Of a stretch of DNA of 57,199 bases, positions 1-8,418 are shown piece after piece (positions within the stretch are counted from its first letter, which is position 1; every line of letters starts with the position of its first letter). The notes beneath the pieces are model-generated. The model saw only the letters and a program-made list of their open reading frames with translations. It ran no database searches and was not told the origin of the DNA. Source of the DNA: a virus (taxonomy: Duplodnaviria > Caudoviricetes); IMG/VR virus record IMGVR_UViG_3300030090_002105, positions 1 through 57,199 of that record; one strand, written 5' to 3'. Made by a program: the position numbers and the translations under genes.

Positions 1-577
1 CCAGCCAAAAGTGGCTGATCTGTTTTTGCAAATAATTAATTCAGGAGCCTGACTCAAACCATGTGCAACTGTGGCAGATGATCCTCCTGTTGCTGTATAA
101 GAAACTATTGAAAAACCCGCATCACTATTTGTTCTTCTTGTGCAAGCATACGTTGGATTAGTTCCATCTATACTTCCTGCACTTACTGATGTATTAGCGG
201 CGGAGGCTTTCCAGTTCCATGAGGCAAAAGTGGCTGACGTTCCATTGACAACTGTCCCACTTCCTAAAGAAAATCCATCTGAATCAAAGGTTGTAAGTTG
301 CGTTGCGTCAGTTGCCTCTGCATCTGTCGCATCTGAAACTAAATATTTTGTTGCTCCGCGAACAGAGTCGAACAGCATATGCTGATAAGTATTACTTCGG
401 CTTTTGATCCAAGTAAAGTCAGGTTGAAACCCTAGTCCTGAAATAGATCGCGTACCACCTGTTCCGGTATACAGCACCGAGTTGAAGTGCTTAGTAGGGT
501 CAGCAATGCTTGCACTAAGGTTATCGGAACAAACCGCTAAGTAACCAGACGGGACTGCATTGTCAAAATTACCTTTT
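1..577. repeat. Terminal overlap, left copy (matches 56623-57199 at constant offset 56622, divergent core)
   Basis: 5-197 is identical to 56627-56819 except one base, and 500-577 is identical to 57122-57199. About 223-499 is homologous but divergent. Confidence 0.95.
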
Positions 578-1575
578 CCATTACCGTCAGAGTAACCACC
601 TGTGCCACTTGATCCAAAGTTGTAAGTTCCGCTTGTCAAAGATGGATTAAATGCTCCGCTAACTGAAACGCCAGAACCATCTTTTTCGTAATACCATTGA
701 CCGGATGCTGGTTGCATAGTGACTCTTGCATTACCCGAAGTTACTAAATTGCCATCAGATAGTGTTCCGCTAGTATTAGTGTCAATTGGATTAAGTACGC
801 AGAAATTGTTGCTAGGACTATCAAGTACCTGATCTGTAGCAACTAAATTATTAACAGTAAAATCATTTGTATTACCGCTAGAATCATCTCCTAATGCAGA
901 AGAGTCTTGAAACTTTAGGTAAAATCCATTATCACCGTAACTTCCATCGTACTCAATCGCTTCCCACTGATTAGTATCTGAGTTAGTCTCAGCAAACGAT
1001 GACGGTGTAAGTTGCTGACCATCTATGTAGTAATACTCTGCAAAGTATCCATCATAGTAGTCTCCAATAGACGATGAGAAAAATGCACCAACCTGGTGGT
1101 TTGTTTTAGAAAATAACGGAAGGTCTGTATTTTGAGCAGGATAAGTTGCTGTTCCAAAATCCGTAATCTGAGTTCCGTTGACGTAAATCTTTACTCTGTT
1201 TGAAGCAGATGATTGGGTCACATCTACCGCAATGACAATGTGATACCAAGCGCCGGGATCACGAAAAACTGGAGTCGTTAAGAGTTCTACATTTGCTGAA
1301 CCAGATATTTTTCCAAACATTGTAATCGTATCGGCATCAAACCCAATGTAAGTTCTATTGTTAGCATCGCTGTGGTTGCTAAAAAACGAATTGCCTCCTC
1401 CAAGATTGCCACGTTTTGTCCAAAAAGAAAAAGTGCCAATATCATTAGAGGTTGCTGTTCCTGCTGTTCTATTAAGATAAGCAGAATCATTATCGTTAAA
1501 TCTTAACGACTGGTTAATAGTGTAGCCAGTTGCTTGAGCGGATGCTCCTGCTAGAACATTATTAAATACAGGCAT
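1..1575 (-). CDS. Tail fibre/receptor-binding protein with LamG/concanavalin-A-like domain, N-terminal part (runs off the left edge and continues at the right end)
   Basis: Not in the ORF track because it has no stop inside the window. ATG at 1575 overlaps the upstream TAA (TAATG). Hand translation MPVFNNVLAGASAQATGYTINQSLRFNDNDSAYL...VFRDPGAWYHIVIAVD...VKIYVNG...SYGDNGFYLKF...YLAVCSDNL...ELIICKNRSATFGW is open to position 1. About 712 aa if joined through the terminal overlap. Confidence 0.85.
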   Translation of the reverse strand, partial: MPVFNNVLAGASAQATGYTINQSLRFNDNDSAYLNRTAGTATSNDIGTFSFWTKRGNLGGGNSFFSNHSDANNRTYIGFDADTITMFGKISGSANVELLTTPVFRDPGAWYHIVIAVDVTQSSASNRVKIYVNGTQITDFGTATYPAQNTDLPLFSKTNHQVGAFFSSSIGDYYDGYFAEYYYIDGQQLTPSSFAETNSDTNQWEAIEYDGSYGDNGFYLKFQDSSALGDDSSGNTNDFTVNNLVATDQVLDSPSNNFCVLNPIDTNTSGTLSDGNLVTSGNARVTMQPASGQWYYEKDGSGVSVSGAFNPSLTSGTYNFGSSGTGGYSDGNGKGNFDNAVPSGYLAVCSDNLSASIADPTKHFNSVLYTGTGGTRSISGLGFQPDFTWIKSRSNTYQHMLFDSVRGATKYLVSDATDAEATDATQLTTFDSDGFSLGSGTVVNGTSATFASWNWKASAANTSVSAGSIDGTNPTYACTRRTNSDAGFSIVSYTATGGSSATVAHGLSQAPELIICKNRSATFGW

Positions 1576-2306
1576 TACGAAAGATTGAGCGTTGCTACAG
1601 CGTGGATGTTAGATGCGTCTTTAATAACATAATCTATTCTATCTACAGCGCCAGCTGTAGTAGTTAGTGTTGGTGCAGTGCCTCCTGCAAAGTCCCAGTC
1701 GCTTCCCCAACTGGCCGTTCTCGATCCTGTTCCGTCCTGCGTAATGAAAATGCTCCCGCTTTGTCCTGCTGTGTCATTTGATGGATTAGCAAATGCAGCA
1801 TTATGAGCAAGTGTTACACTAAAGTTATTACTATCAGCCATATCAATAGTAATAGTTGTTGCTGAAGTTAACGCTGTAATTTCTCCACGCTGTCCTGCTG
1901 TCCATGTATTAGCATCAGATACGTCAGGTTTAGCGTCTAACTGAGTCTGAATATTAGATGTTACTCCGTCAGTGTAATTAAGTTCTGCTGTAGTAGCTGT
2001 TACTCCATCTATAATATTTATCTCAGATGTGGTAGCGGTAACCCCATCCATAATATTTAGTTCAGAAGTTGTAGCAGTAACACCGTCCATAATATTTAAT
2101 TCAGACGTACTGGCTGTAACTCCATCTAAAATGTTCATTTCTGCTTCACTAGCAGTGACAGCAGTTGTTCCAGAAAGACCAGAAAACTGAGTCTTTAGAA
2201 CTGATTTGACAAGACGCAAATGGTCATCGCCTTCACTTACAGGGTCTGTCGCCGTTGGATTTGAACTATTTAATTGGCTGATGTAGGAGGCTGATTCCAA
2301 TCCCAT
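1575..2306 (-). CDS. Tail-fibre-associated structural protein with 13-aa tandem repeats
   Basis: N-terminal MGLESASYISQLNSSNP...GDDHLRLVKSVLK fibre-type motif, 5 copies of (S/A)ELNIMDGVTATT, and a C-terminal ITQDGTGSRT...W...F.GGTAPTLTT..GAVD motif common in phage tail proteins. Confidence 0.7.
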   Translation of the reverse strand: MGLESASYISQLNSSNPTATDPVSEGDDHLRLVKSVLKTQFSGLSGTTAVTASEAEMNILDGVTASTSELNIMDGVTATTSELNIMDGVTATTSEINIIDGVTATTAELNYTDGVTSNIQTQLDAKPDVSDANTWTAGQRGEITALTSATTITIDMADSNNFSVTLAHNAAFANPSNDTAGQSGSIFITQDGTGSRTASWGSDWDFAGGTAPTLTTTAGAVDRIDYVIKDASNIHAVATLNLS

Positions 2307-2316
2307 TATTATTCTC

Positions 2317-2760
2317 CTAGGCTAATTCAAATATTCCAGTCGCGCTAGGAGTAACAGTTAATGTATTATCCTGAGCGAGAGTAAATTGAGAAGTTGTTAA
2401 TTTAGAAAAGCAAACAAGTTTTCCGCCTGCTTGATATATAACGGCATATTTAATATTAGGAATTGTTCCACCAGTAGCAGTCCAAGTGACAGCAGTAGAA
2501 TCAAATCTGTATTTGTTAGTTGCAACTGATGCCCAGGTTCTTGCCGTAACAGATGCTCCACCAGTAGCGTAACCATTTCCGTTAGCAACTTCATTTCCTA
2601 ATGATGCCTGAGTAGATAAAGCAACATTGTTTGCATTTGCGCTTGCCGCGCTTGTGTGCAAAGCCATATAAAAACCAGTGCCAGTGCCGTCTAGGTCAAA
2701 ATTACCGTTTCCTAAATATTCTCTAAAACTATTATAAAAAGTCCATGCTGTAGCCGCCAT
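2317..2760 (-). CDS. Putative virion structural protein
   Basis: 147 aa, Ala/Thr/Gly-rich, EVANGNGYATGG motif, strong AGGAG SD, located among tail-fibre genes. Confidence 0.55.
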   Translation of the reverse strand: MAATAWTFYNSFREYLGNGNFDLDGTGTGFYMALHTSAASANANNVALSTQASLGNEVANGNGYATGGASVTARTWASVATNKYRFDSTAVTWTATGGTIPNIKYAVIYQAGGKLVCFSKLTTSQFTLAQDNTLTVTPSATGIFELA

Positions 2761-3603
2761 TTAAGCCGCCTCCTTAAGTATTTCTGGATGTTTAATAATG
2801 TACGATATTAGTCCATCACCGTGAACAGAAAGTTTATAGTGATCTCCAGTTGTACTAACTAATTGTACAAATTCTTTTGCTTGTTGAAAATGGGCTACGG
2901 TACATCTAAATTTTCTATCTCCCAAAACAACTTCTATTTCCTGCTCTTCATCATTTTCTGGCTGTGAATATGCATGATGTTCATCCATGATGCAACTATC
3001 AAAACCAAAAATTTCAAACTTACAAAATCCTAACATTCTAAGTAAATGAATTGCTCTAAATGTAACAGTAGAGCCTCCCATTACGGGGTAGTACTGATCA
3101 TTATACTTTTCTTTTAATAAATGCTCGTTATTTGTATCTCCAGCACAATGCCATATGTAAGTTTCATGGCTAGAAAGTTTGTCAAAAACGCTAGGATGAC
3201 ATTGAGAAGCAATAAAATATTTGCATGTATCTAATGTTGGATTAACAAATCTTTTATTAAACTCTCTGCTGTCCAACATAATCATAGCAGAAGGATTTAA
3301 TCCCCTATCAATACAAAATTTATAAGCACCGTTTAAAGCAACTACAGGGCATCCTTGATTTTTTTTCTTTTTTAAAAGATCAAATGTGTCATTTAAAGAA
3401 GGCCCTCCTGCAACTACACAAACAACTTTATCTGGTTGAGTTTCATGCGGAGTTATTTGAGGAAAATCTTTTTCTATGTTTAATTTTATATTGTTTGTTA
3501 TATTTTCAGGAGTCTCGTTTAAAGAACACTTTATTTCTGAAATAATTTTTTTACTTTTAACTTCAACAACAGGTGGTTCTGAGTATACTCCAACTTGCAA
3601 CAT
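2761..3603 (-). CDS. DUF115/MAF_flag10 (MptE-like/Maf glycosyltransferase-like) protein
   Basis: VVAGGPSL, VVALNGAY, IASQCHP and GGSTVTFRAIHLLRMLGF..FEIFGFDS motifs. The ATG at 3603, right after the upstream stop, is the more likely start. Confidence 0.7.
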   Translation of the reverse strand: MLQVGVYSEPPVVEVKSKKIISEIKCSLNETPENITNNIKLNIEKDFPQITPHETQPDKVVCVVAGGPSLNDTFDLLKKKKNQGCPVVALNGAYKFCIDRGLNPSAMIMLDSREFNKRFVNPTLDTCKYFIASQCHPSVFDKLSSHETYIWHCAGDTNNEHLLKEKYNDQYYPVMGGSTVTFRAIHLLRMLGFCKFEIFGFDSCIMDEHHAYSQPENDEEQEIEVVLGDRKFRCTVAHFQQAKEFVQLVSTTGDHYKLSVHGDGLISYIIKHPEILKEAA

Positions 3604-3604
3604 A

Positions 3605-4195
3605 TTAAGCAACACCAAAAATCATTCTAATTTCTAATCCTAAAGTATTTGTTGCAACCGCATCTACATCTACCCTAATAACATCTGCTGTTGTTACTGT
3701 ATTATTTGCTCCAACAACATGAGGTGTTGCGGCAGTAGAAGAATCTTTTTCATTTAAATCTATTGTTATAGGAGTAGATAACATATCTACTGCATCTGTA
3801 AGATTATGCAACTGAACGTTAGTTATTGATCCTCCAGTACCTACTGTATAAACATGCGCTTCGGCAGATTGAAGTTTTTTATTATTTAACGAAGAAGGAA
3901 TAGTTATATGTGCAATACCATTTCCCGAAACAGGAGCAATGCCATCGTTTACGCATTTAACTATTAAAGTTCTTTCAACAAAAGCAGTTATATTGTCAGG
4001 TAAAATTGATTTTGGTTCTGTAGTAGAGTTATCATAAAAAAGAATTTTATCTGCTGAAGAATCTAATGAGGTTGCAACTTCTAGATTAGGTATATTTTCT
4101 TGTTTATTTACGTCTAAACTTTGTAAATTAGAATCCATCTCATTGTATGAAAGAGGGCTTCCTTTTGTTTGTCTTAATGTTAATGTAGTAGCCAT
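3605..4195 (-). CDS. Tail-fibre-like structural protein
   Basis: N-terminal LRQTKGSPLSYNEMDSNL motif typical of phage fibre N-termini, followed by a beta-rich C-terminus. Confidence 0.55.
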   Translation of the reverse strand: MATTLTLRQTKGSPLSYNEMDSNLQSLDVNKQENIPNLEVATSLDSSADKILFYDNSTTEPKSILPDNITAFVERTLIVKCVNDGIAPVSGNGIAHITIPSSLNNKKLQSAEAHVYTVGTGGSITNVQLHNLTDAVDMLSTPITIDLNEKDSSTAATPHVVGANNTVTTADVIRVDVDAVATNTLGLEIRMIFGVA

Positions 4196-5229
4196 TAAAA
4201 TTCTATCCTGTATGTAGCGGCTATTTTATCTTCAGAGTATCTCAAACTATAACCGCCTGAGTTTAATCCTAACTCGTAACCGTTGTCATCAACGTGTAGT
4301 TTTAGTTTCGGCGTTTCTTTTAACATTGCGAAGAGGGTGGCAACTACGATCCCAGAAACGACTATTTCCTTTTCGTGGCTTTGATGCCACTTCTTTCTTT
4401 TTTGACCCCACTCTAGGGTCTGACAAGACGTAGTTCCTCTTCCGTTTCCTGTTCCGACAACTCCGGGATAGGAGCAAGCAATGTCGCCAAACGCTCTCGC
4501 TCTCTCTGACGTTCCTCGTAAGTCATACTCAGATACGACAACTGGTTTTCCAAACCTAAGCGCATTCTCAATTTTTTGTCGGAACTGTTTTTCATTAAGA
4601 TTAAATCCTGTTTGAAGGTATATTATATCTGCATCCTTAACATACTCAGCCTTAACCCCAGGCTTTAGATGCACCCCTATTGGTTTGTCTGTTTTCTTCC
4701 TAAGTTCGCCTATTAGTGTAGATACCTGTGCAGGGCTATAATATTCGTCACACTCAAGACAAACAACATAATGGCTAACAACGTCATCAACCGCAGAAAC
4801 AACTTGACTTTGGTAATCAATTTGATTATCTAAACCTTTTGCATATACATCTGGGCTATCATCGCTTATCATCCATACTACTGGAGAAATACCGTTAGAA
4901 CGCAAGATGCTAATACGATTGCGCCAACTCTCTCTATCAACACCGTTAACTCTTCCAAAGTCGTTTGCCGTGCTTCTAGCCATTATGTCAGCGTGAGTAT
5001 CCCCGCCAATCATGTCTAAAACACGATTTCTCCAATTGTCATCTAAATCGTTTGATAACCAAGACAAAGTAGAATATGGTGATATATACCTACCTTCTGG
5101 CTCTCCAATAAGAAAAGTAGATTTAAAATCTGCTTTGCCTACTGAAACATACATAATGCAAAATAAAATAAATATGTATGCAAATACAATAAAAAAAGAC
5201 TTAACACAGTCTTTCATGTATTCTTTCAT
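4195..5229 (-). CDS. Membrane-anchored putative glycoside hydrolase (clan GH-A-like TIM barrel)
   Basis: N-terminal hydrophobic helix; alternating beta/alpha pattern with VVCLECDE, PIGVH, IIYLQ and GKPVVVSEY (acid/base and nucleophile-like Glu); second hydrophobic segment near the C-terminus. Confidence 0.45.
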   Translation of the reverse strand: MKEYMKDCVKSFFIVFAYIFILFCIMYVSVGKADFKSTFLIGEPEGRYISPYSTLSWLSNDLDDNWRNRVLDMIGGDTHADIMARSTANDFGRVNGVDRESWRNRISILRSNGISPVVWMISDDSPDVYAKGLDNQIDYQSQVVSAVDDVVSHYVVCLECDEYYSPAQVSTLIGELRKKTDKPIGVHLKPGVKAEYVKDADIIYLQTGFNLNEKQFRQKIENALRFGKPVVVSEYDLRGTSERARAFGDIACSYPGVVGTGNGRGTTSCQTLEWGQKRKKWHQSHEKEIVVSGIVVATLFAMLKETPKLKLHVDDNGYELGLNSGGYSLRYSEDKIAATYRIEF

Positions 5230-5672
5230 CTTATGTATGGATTATTATGTTTAGGCTCTCTACCTTTCATTTTTACAGGCCCGGGTAAAAACCATCCCAA
5301 TACCATTGGAATTACAACCACCAAAATAAGCAACCAACCTCCCATTTCTGCAAGAGATCCGAGCAAGCTCCAGAAGTTATCAGGTGCACAATTCATATCA
5401 GTATTCCTCCCACCAACACTCTCCATTGTCGAGGTCGCCACATCTGTCACAAAAGCAGCTCCCATGCTCCCCACTATCGGCGCAACTGCACCCCCGCTCA
5501 GAACAGTACCGGCAGTAGCACCAACTGCTGCTCCTGTCGCTACTACTCCCGCTTTTTTTATTGTCCCACATCCAATAACTCCTAGTGCTATCCCCAAATA
5601 GCAGAGGCTAAGGCAAACACGGCTAAGCCAATTAGAATCCACATCTTTGTTTTGCCTGATAGTGCGTTCCAT
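5226..5672 (-). CDS. Lipoprotein with glycine zipper and C-terminal TM helix (possible unimolecular spanin-like)
   Basis: Hydrophobic stretch ending in lipobox-like VIGC, then GAAVGATAG zipper and TM segment GWLLILVVVIPMVLGWFL. Confidence 0.45.
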   Translation of the reverse strand: MERTIRQNKDVDSNWLSRVCLSLCYLGIALGVIGCGTIKKAGVVATGAAVGATAGTVLSGGAVAPIVGSMGAAFVTDVATSTMESVGGRNTDMNCAPDNFWSLLGSLAEMGGWLLILVVVIPMVLGWFLPGPVKMKGREPKHNNPYIR

Positions 5673-5710
5673 TTTTCTTTCATCCTTATCTCCTAAAAAC
5701 TTTAAAGTTG

Positions 5711-6022
5711 TTACACTTCTGGAAGAGCGATGCTATTACCACATCCGCATCTTGCTGTACCTTCACCTGGGTTAACCACAAACGTTTTAGAAAATCCTGT
5801 ATCCTCGTAGTCAAGGCTACCGCCTTGTAAGTATGTCTGCGACATCTGATCTGCGAATTTGGTAGTGTCGCCAATGCTCAGTTCGGTAATACCTGTCGAG
5901 ATCGTTTTCTCTAAAGTCACAATAAGGCCATTGCATCCACCACCTTTTAATCCTATTTCTAAAACCTCTCCATCCTCTAGCAAGTGGTTTAGTTGATCCT
6001 GCGCTTTTTGAGTTATGACCAA
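5711..6022 (-). CDS. iscA: A-type Fe-S cluster carrier (IscA/SufA/HesB family)
   Basis: ITQKA...GLKGGGCNG...LDY...FVVNP...CGCGNS, with all three conserved Cys present. Confidence 0.88.
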   Translation of the reverse strand: MVITQKAQDQLNHLLEDGEVLEIGLKGGGCNGLIVTLEKTISTGITELSIGDTTKFADQMSQTYLQGGSLDYEDTGFSKTFVVNPGEGTARCGCGNSIALPEV

Positions 6023-6031
6023 TTTCGTTCA

Positions 6032-6211
6032 TTATCCTTCCAACTTGGATTGTATATGATTAATTAGATTAGTAGTTGTTTTAGTTAAAACGCATGGAAC
6101 AAGAGCATGAGCGAAAGCGCACACACTCCCAACCAACATACAGCCAGCAAAATACATTGCTTTTCGTAAGTGTTGCAAATACGTTTCATCTTTTTCTCTT
6201 AAGTGTTTCAT
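6032..6211 (-). CDS. Small membrane protein (DUF6356-like)
   Basis: MKHLREKDETYLQHLRKA...FAHALVP. ATG at 6211 overlaps the upstream TGA. Confidence 0.55.
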   Translation of the reverse strand: MKHLREKDETYLQHLRKAMYFAGCMLVGSVCAFAHALVPCVLTKTTTNLINHIQSKLEG

Positions 6212-6441
6212 TTTTTTCTTTTTTTTCCGCTTGCTGTTGTAGACCACTTAACTTTTTTAGGACCTGTTTTTTTCTTAGCTTCTGCTTTAGAAATTTTAGA
6301 TGCTACTTTTTTAGGTCGACAAGCAGGATATGGTCTTTTAGAATTTGATTTAGCTTTTTTTCTGCCACAAGGTTTACCTGTTTTTACATCAACCCATTCT
6401 TCACCAAACCATTTACCAAGACCACCTTTACTACTTGCCAC
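6208..6441 (-). CDS. Small basic conserved phage protein
   Basis: GGLGKWFGEEWVD..TGKPCGR...YPACRP motif, Lys-rich. Confidence 0.65.
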   Translation of the reverse strand: MASSKGGLGKWFGEEWVDVKTGKPCGRKKAKSNSKRPYPACRPKKVASKISKAEAKKKTGPKKVKWSTTASGKKRKK

Positions 6442-6610
6442 GTTTTTTTACTCTATTGTCTTTTCCGCTCCAAGTTCCACCCATTTTTTTATATTCTTTG
6501 CTTGCCCACGCGTTTGCATAAGCGGATGGATAAACTTTAAATTTTCTTTTTGCTTTTGCTTTTGCAGAAGACCATTTAGACGGATCGTTAGGTTTTGGTT
6601 TAGAAGCCAT
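6431..6610 (-). CDS. Small basic phage protein (59 aa, YPSAYA motif), not in ORF track
   Basis: Hand translation MASKPKPNDPSKWSSAKAKAKRKFKVYPSAYANAWASKEYKKMGGTW...; TAATG coupling to the upstream ORF. Confidence 0.65.
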   Translation of the reverse strand: MASKPKPNDPSKWSSAKAKAKRKFKVYPSAYANAWASKEYKKMGGTWSGKDNRVKKRGK

Positions 6611-6732
6611 TATTTTCTCTTCTTTTTCTTTTTAGTATCTTTAGCTAATTTTTTTAAAACATTAGATTGTTTTTTATGCATATTAGATGCTTTATTTAAC
6701 TCTTTAGAAACTTTTTTAATTTTCTTTAACAT
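6610..6732 (-). CDS. Small Lys-rich protein (40 aa), not in ORF track
   Basis: MLKKIKKVSKELNKASNMHKKQSNVLKKLAKDTKKKKKRK; fills the gap with overlapping start and stop. Confidence 0.5.
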   Translation of the reverse strand: MLKKIKKVSKELNKASNMHKKQSNVLKKLAKDTKKKKKRK

Positions 6733-7019
6733 TTCCACCTACGCCTTGCTTGTCTTATTCTTGAGTTAGGATCGTTACGAGTCTTTGCACTTGATCTTTT
6801 TAACTGCCCTAGTGACCTAGCGCAATAAGACTTTCTTCTTTTAGCGTCTTTTGATCCTTTCTTTGGGTTTCCTGTTACAGCTGTTTTAAGTTTTGAGCCG
6901 GGATTTGCCCTGCGATGAGCGGCAACACCTTTTTTTGTCATTCCTGCGCCAGACTTAGTAGGCCTATAGTTAGCGTTTTTACCTTTGGTTGTTTTAGGTA
7001 TTGCCTTTTGTCTGCTCAT
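6726..7019 (-). CDS. Small basic conserved phage protein
   Basis: SGAGMTKKGVAAHRRANPGSKLKTAVT...RRKSYCARS...RQARRRWKC, a pattern common in marine phages. Confidence 0.65.
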   Translation of the reverse strand: MSRQKAIPKTTKGKNANYRPTKSGAGMTKKGVAAHRRANPGSKLKTAVTGNPKKGSKDAKRRKSYCARSLGQLKRSSAKTRNDPNSRIRQARRRWKC

Positions 7020-7264
7020 TTAATTGAAGCAACAACTTCGTTGCCCTCCCAGTTAGTTCTAAGCTCTACATCTCGTCTTTCACAGGCGTACCTTGTGCTT
7101 CCATCTAAGTTGTCCTTCCAACCATTGCGTTTAAGAGTACGCTTCATCTGCAAACATCCCGCAATACCCATACGCTCCCATCCTTTACCAGTTTCGTGGT
7201 GACCCATAAACTCAATAACAGAACCATTCAAGTATAACACAAGAACCATCATAGTTATTTGCAT
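7016..7264 (-). CDS. Hypothetical protein
   Basis: 82 aa, coupled to both neighbours, two Cys. Confidence 0.55.
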   Translation of the reverse strand: MQITMMVLVLYLNGSVIEFMGHHETGKGWERMGIAGCLQMKRTLKRNGWKDNLDGSTRYACERRDVELRTNWEGNEVVASIK

Positions 7265-7686
7265 TAATGCACTCCATTGCTTGCCTTCATCGTTTTATCT
7301 TTAAGAGTTTCTACATGACGCTCAAGATTCTCGATTCGTTGTTTAAAGAAGTCTAGCGTTAACGCCTGCTGTTGGTCATACGGAGCCTTACCTGTTTCTA
7401 TAATGCTTTGCAACTTGTCAAACTCAGAGGCAAGATGCTCTAACAACATAAACTGTTCAGCATCCGCAGGGAGAGCACCTAACTCACCTCTAGGCCACTT
7501 TATTCTAAAATTTTCATTTTGTTCTACAGATTTCTGCATTAAAATTTGATTAGTCTCAAGTACATTGAGCCGCTCTTGAAGACCAAACCATGCCCAGGTT
7601 CCTACGGCTACAGCACTAGCAAGACCTATCAAGTTTCTTAATGGAAGTCCTACGCTAGTCTTATCAGATACTTCTAGATCACTCAT
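7264..7686 (-). CDS. Membrane-anchored coiled-coil protein
   Basis: LPLRNLIGLASAVAVGTWAWFG TM helix followed by a coiled coil. Confidence 0.55.
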   Translation of the reverse strand: MSDLEVSDKTSVGLPLRNLIGLASAVAVGTWAWFGLQERLNVLETNQILMQKSVEQNENFRIKWPRGELGALPADAEQFMLLEHLASEFDKLQSIIETGKAPYDQQQALTLDFFKQRIENLERHVETLKDKTMKASNGVH

Positions 7687-7895
7687 TTATTTAAGAGTCT
7701 TTGCTCAAGCGTGTCTATACGGTCGAGTATTCTATCTATGTGGGTATCAAGTTCTTGCCTACTAACAGTCTGAGTTGCAAGGTCTGTAACCCTAGCGTGT
7801 AGCCTGTCTATCTGAGAAAATATTCTCTTAACTAACCATCCACCAAGGAACAATATAATTCCTATAAGTGCGTCCACCATAATAGATGGTTCCAT
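7683..7895 (-). CDS. Small single-TM protein (holin-like candidate)
   Basis: 70 aa, N-terminal TM (ALIGIILFLGGWLV) plus a short coiled coil. Confidence 0.4.
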   Translation of the reverse strand: MEPSIMVDALIGIILFLGGWLVKRIFSQIDRLHARVTDLATQTVSRQELDTHIDRILDRIDTLEQRLLNK

Positions 7896-8248
7896 TACAT
7901 CTCCACCTTGTCTTCTTTTTCTTCAGATTGATCTACAAGTTCTTTTGGAATTTGTGACAACGAAGTACCACTAGCAAAAAAACAAGCCTCTCCCGGTTTA
8001 GTAATTATAACACTCCAAGAAGGTTTATTAACATCATAATTATAAGTAAGAATTAAAAGTCCCGGCCCCATTTCTGCAACAATCATAGGAACTTCGCCGT
8101 ATTTATCAGACGCAATTTTTGCTAACTCGAACATTCCATTTTCTGCTTTTGTGCAGTGCATTGGAAAAGTTCCATGCCTTAAAAAAATGCTGTCTTGTGC
8201 CATGACTGGTGACACAATCAAAGCCAGTGCTAGTAATAGTTTCTTCAT
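7895..8248 (-). CDS. Secreted hypothetical protein
   Basis: Signal peptide MKKLLLALALIVSPVMA and a two-Cys small domain. Confidence 0.55.
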   Translation of the reverse strand: MKKLLLALALIVSPVMAQDSIFLRHGTFPMHCTKAENGMFELAKIASDKYGEVPMIVAEMGPGLLILTYNYDVNKPSWSVIITKPGEACFFASGTSLSQIPKELVDQSEEKEDKVEM

Positions 8249-8418
8249 AGTTCATTCTCGCAATATCCAGCAACCCAATATTCGGGTTGAACATATGGAA
8301 ACTCTCCATAAGGAAATGCTCTTGGTTGTTTTTCGTAGAACTTTTTAGAGTTCGTCATTTGATAAGCTACACGCCTAGACCTGTATGTTTTTCTGCCTAT
8401 TCTTCTAGTTCTTGCCAT
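8245..8418 (-). CDS. Small hypothetical protein (57 aa), not in ORF track
   Basis: MARTRRIGRKTYRSRRVAYQMTNSKKFYEKQPRAFPYGEFPYVQPEYWVAGYCENEL; overlaps both neighbours. Confidence 0.55.
   Translation of the reverse strand: MARTRRIGRKTYRSRRVAYQMTNSKKFYEKQPRAFPYGEFPYVQPEYWVAGYCENEL

Noticed and set aside
140-385. ORF-track calls 140-385 (+) and 1287-1490 (-)
   Set aside because: They are antisense or out of frame within the real tail-fibre gene 1575 -> 1.
198-499. Diversity-generating retroelement TR/VR pair (with 56820-57121)
   Set aside because: Differences are not adenine-restricted, include many synonymous changes and both copies are coding. No reverse transcriptase is recognisable in the genome.
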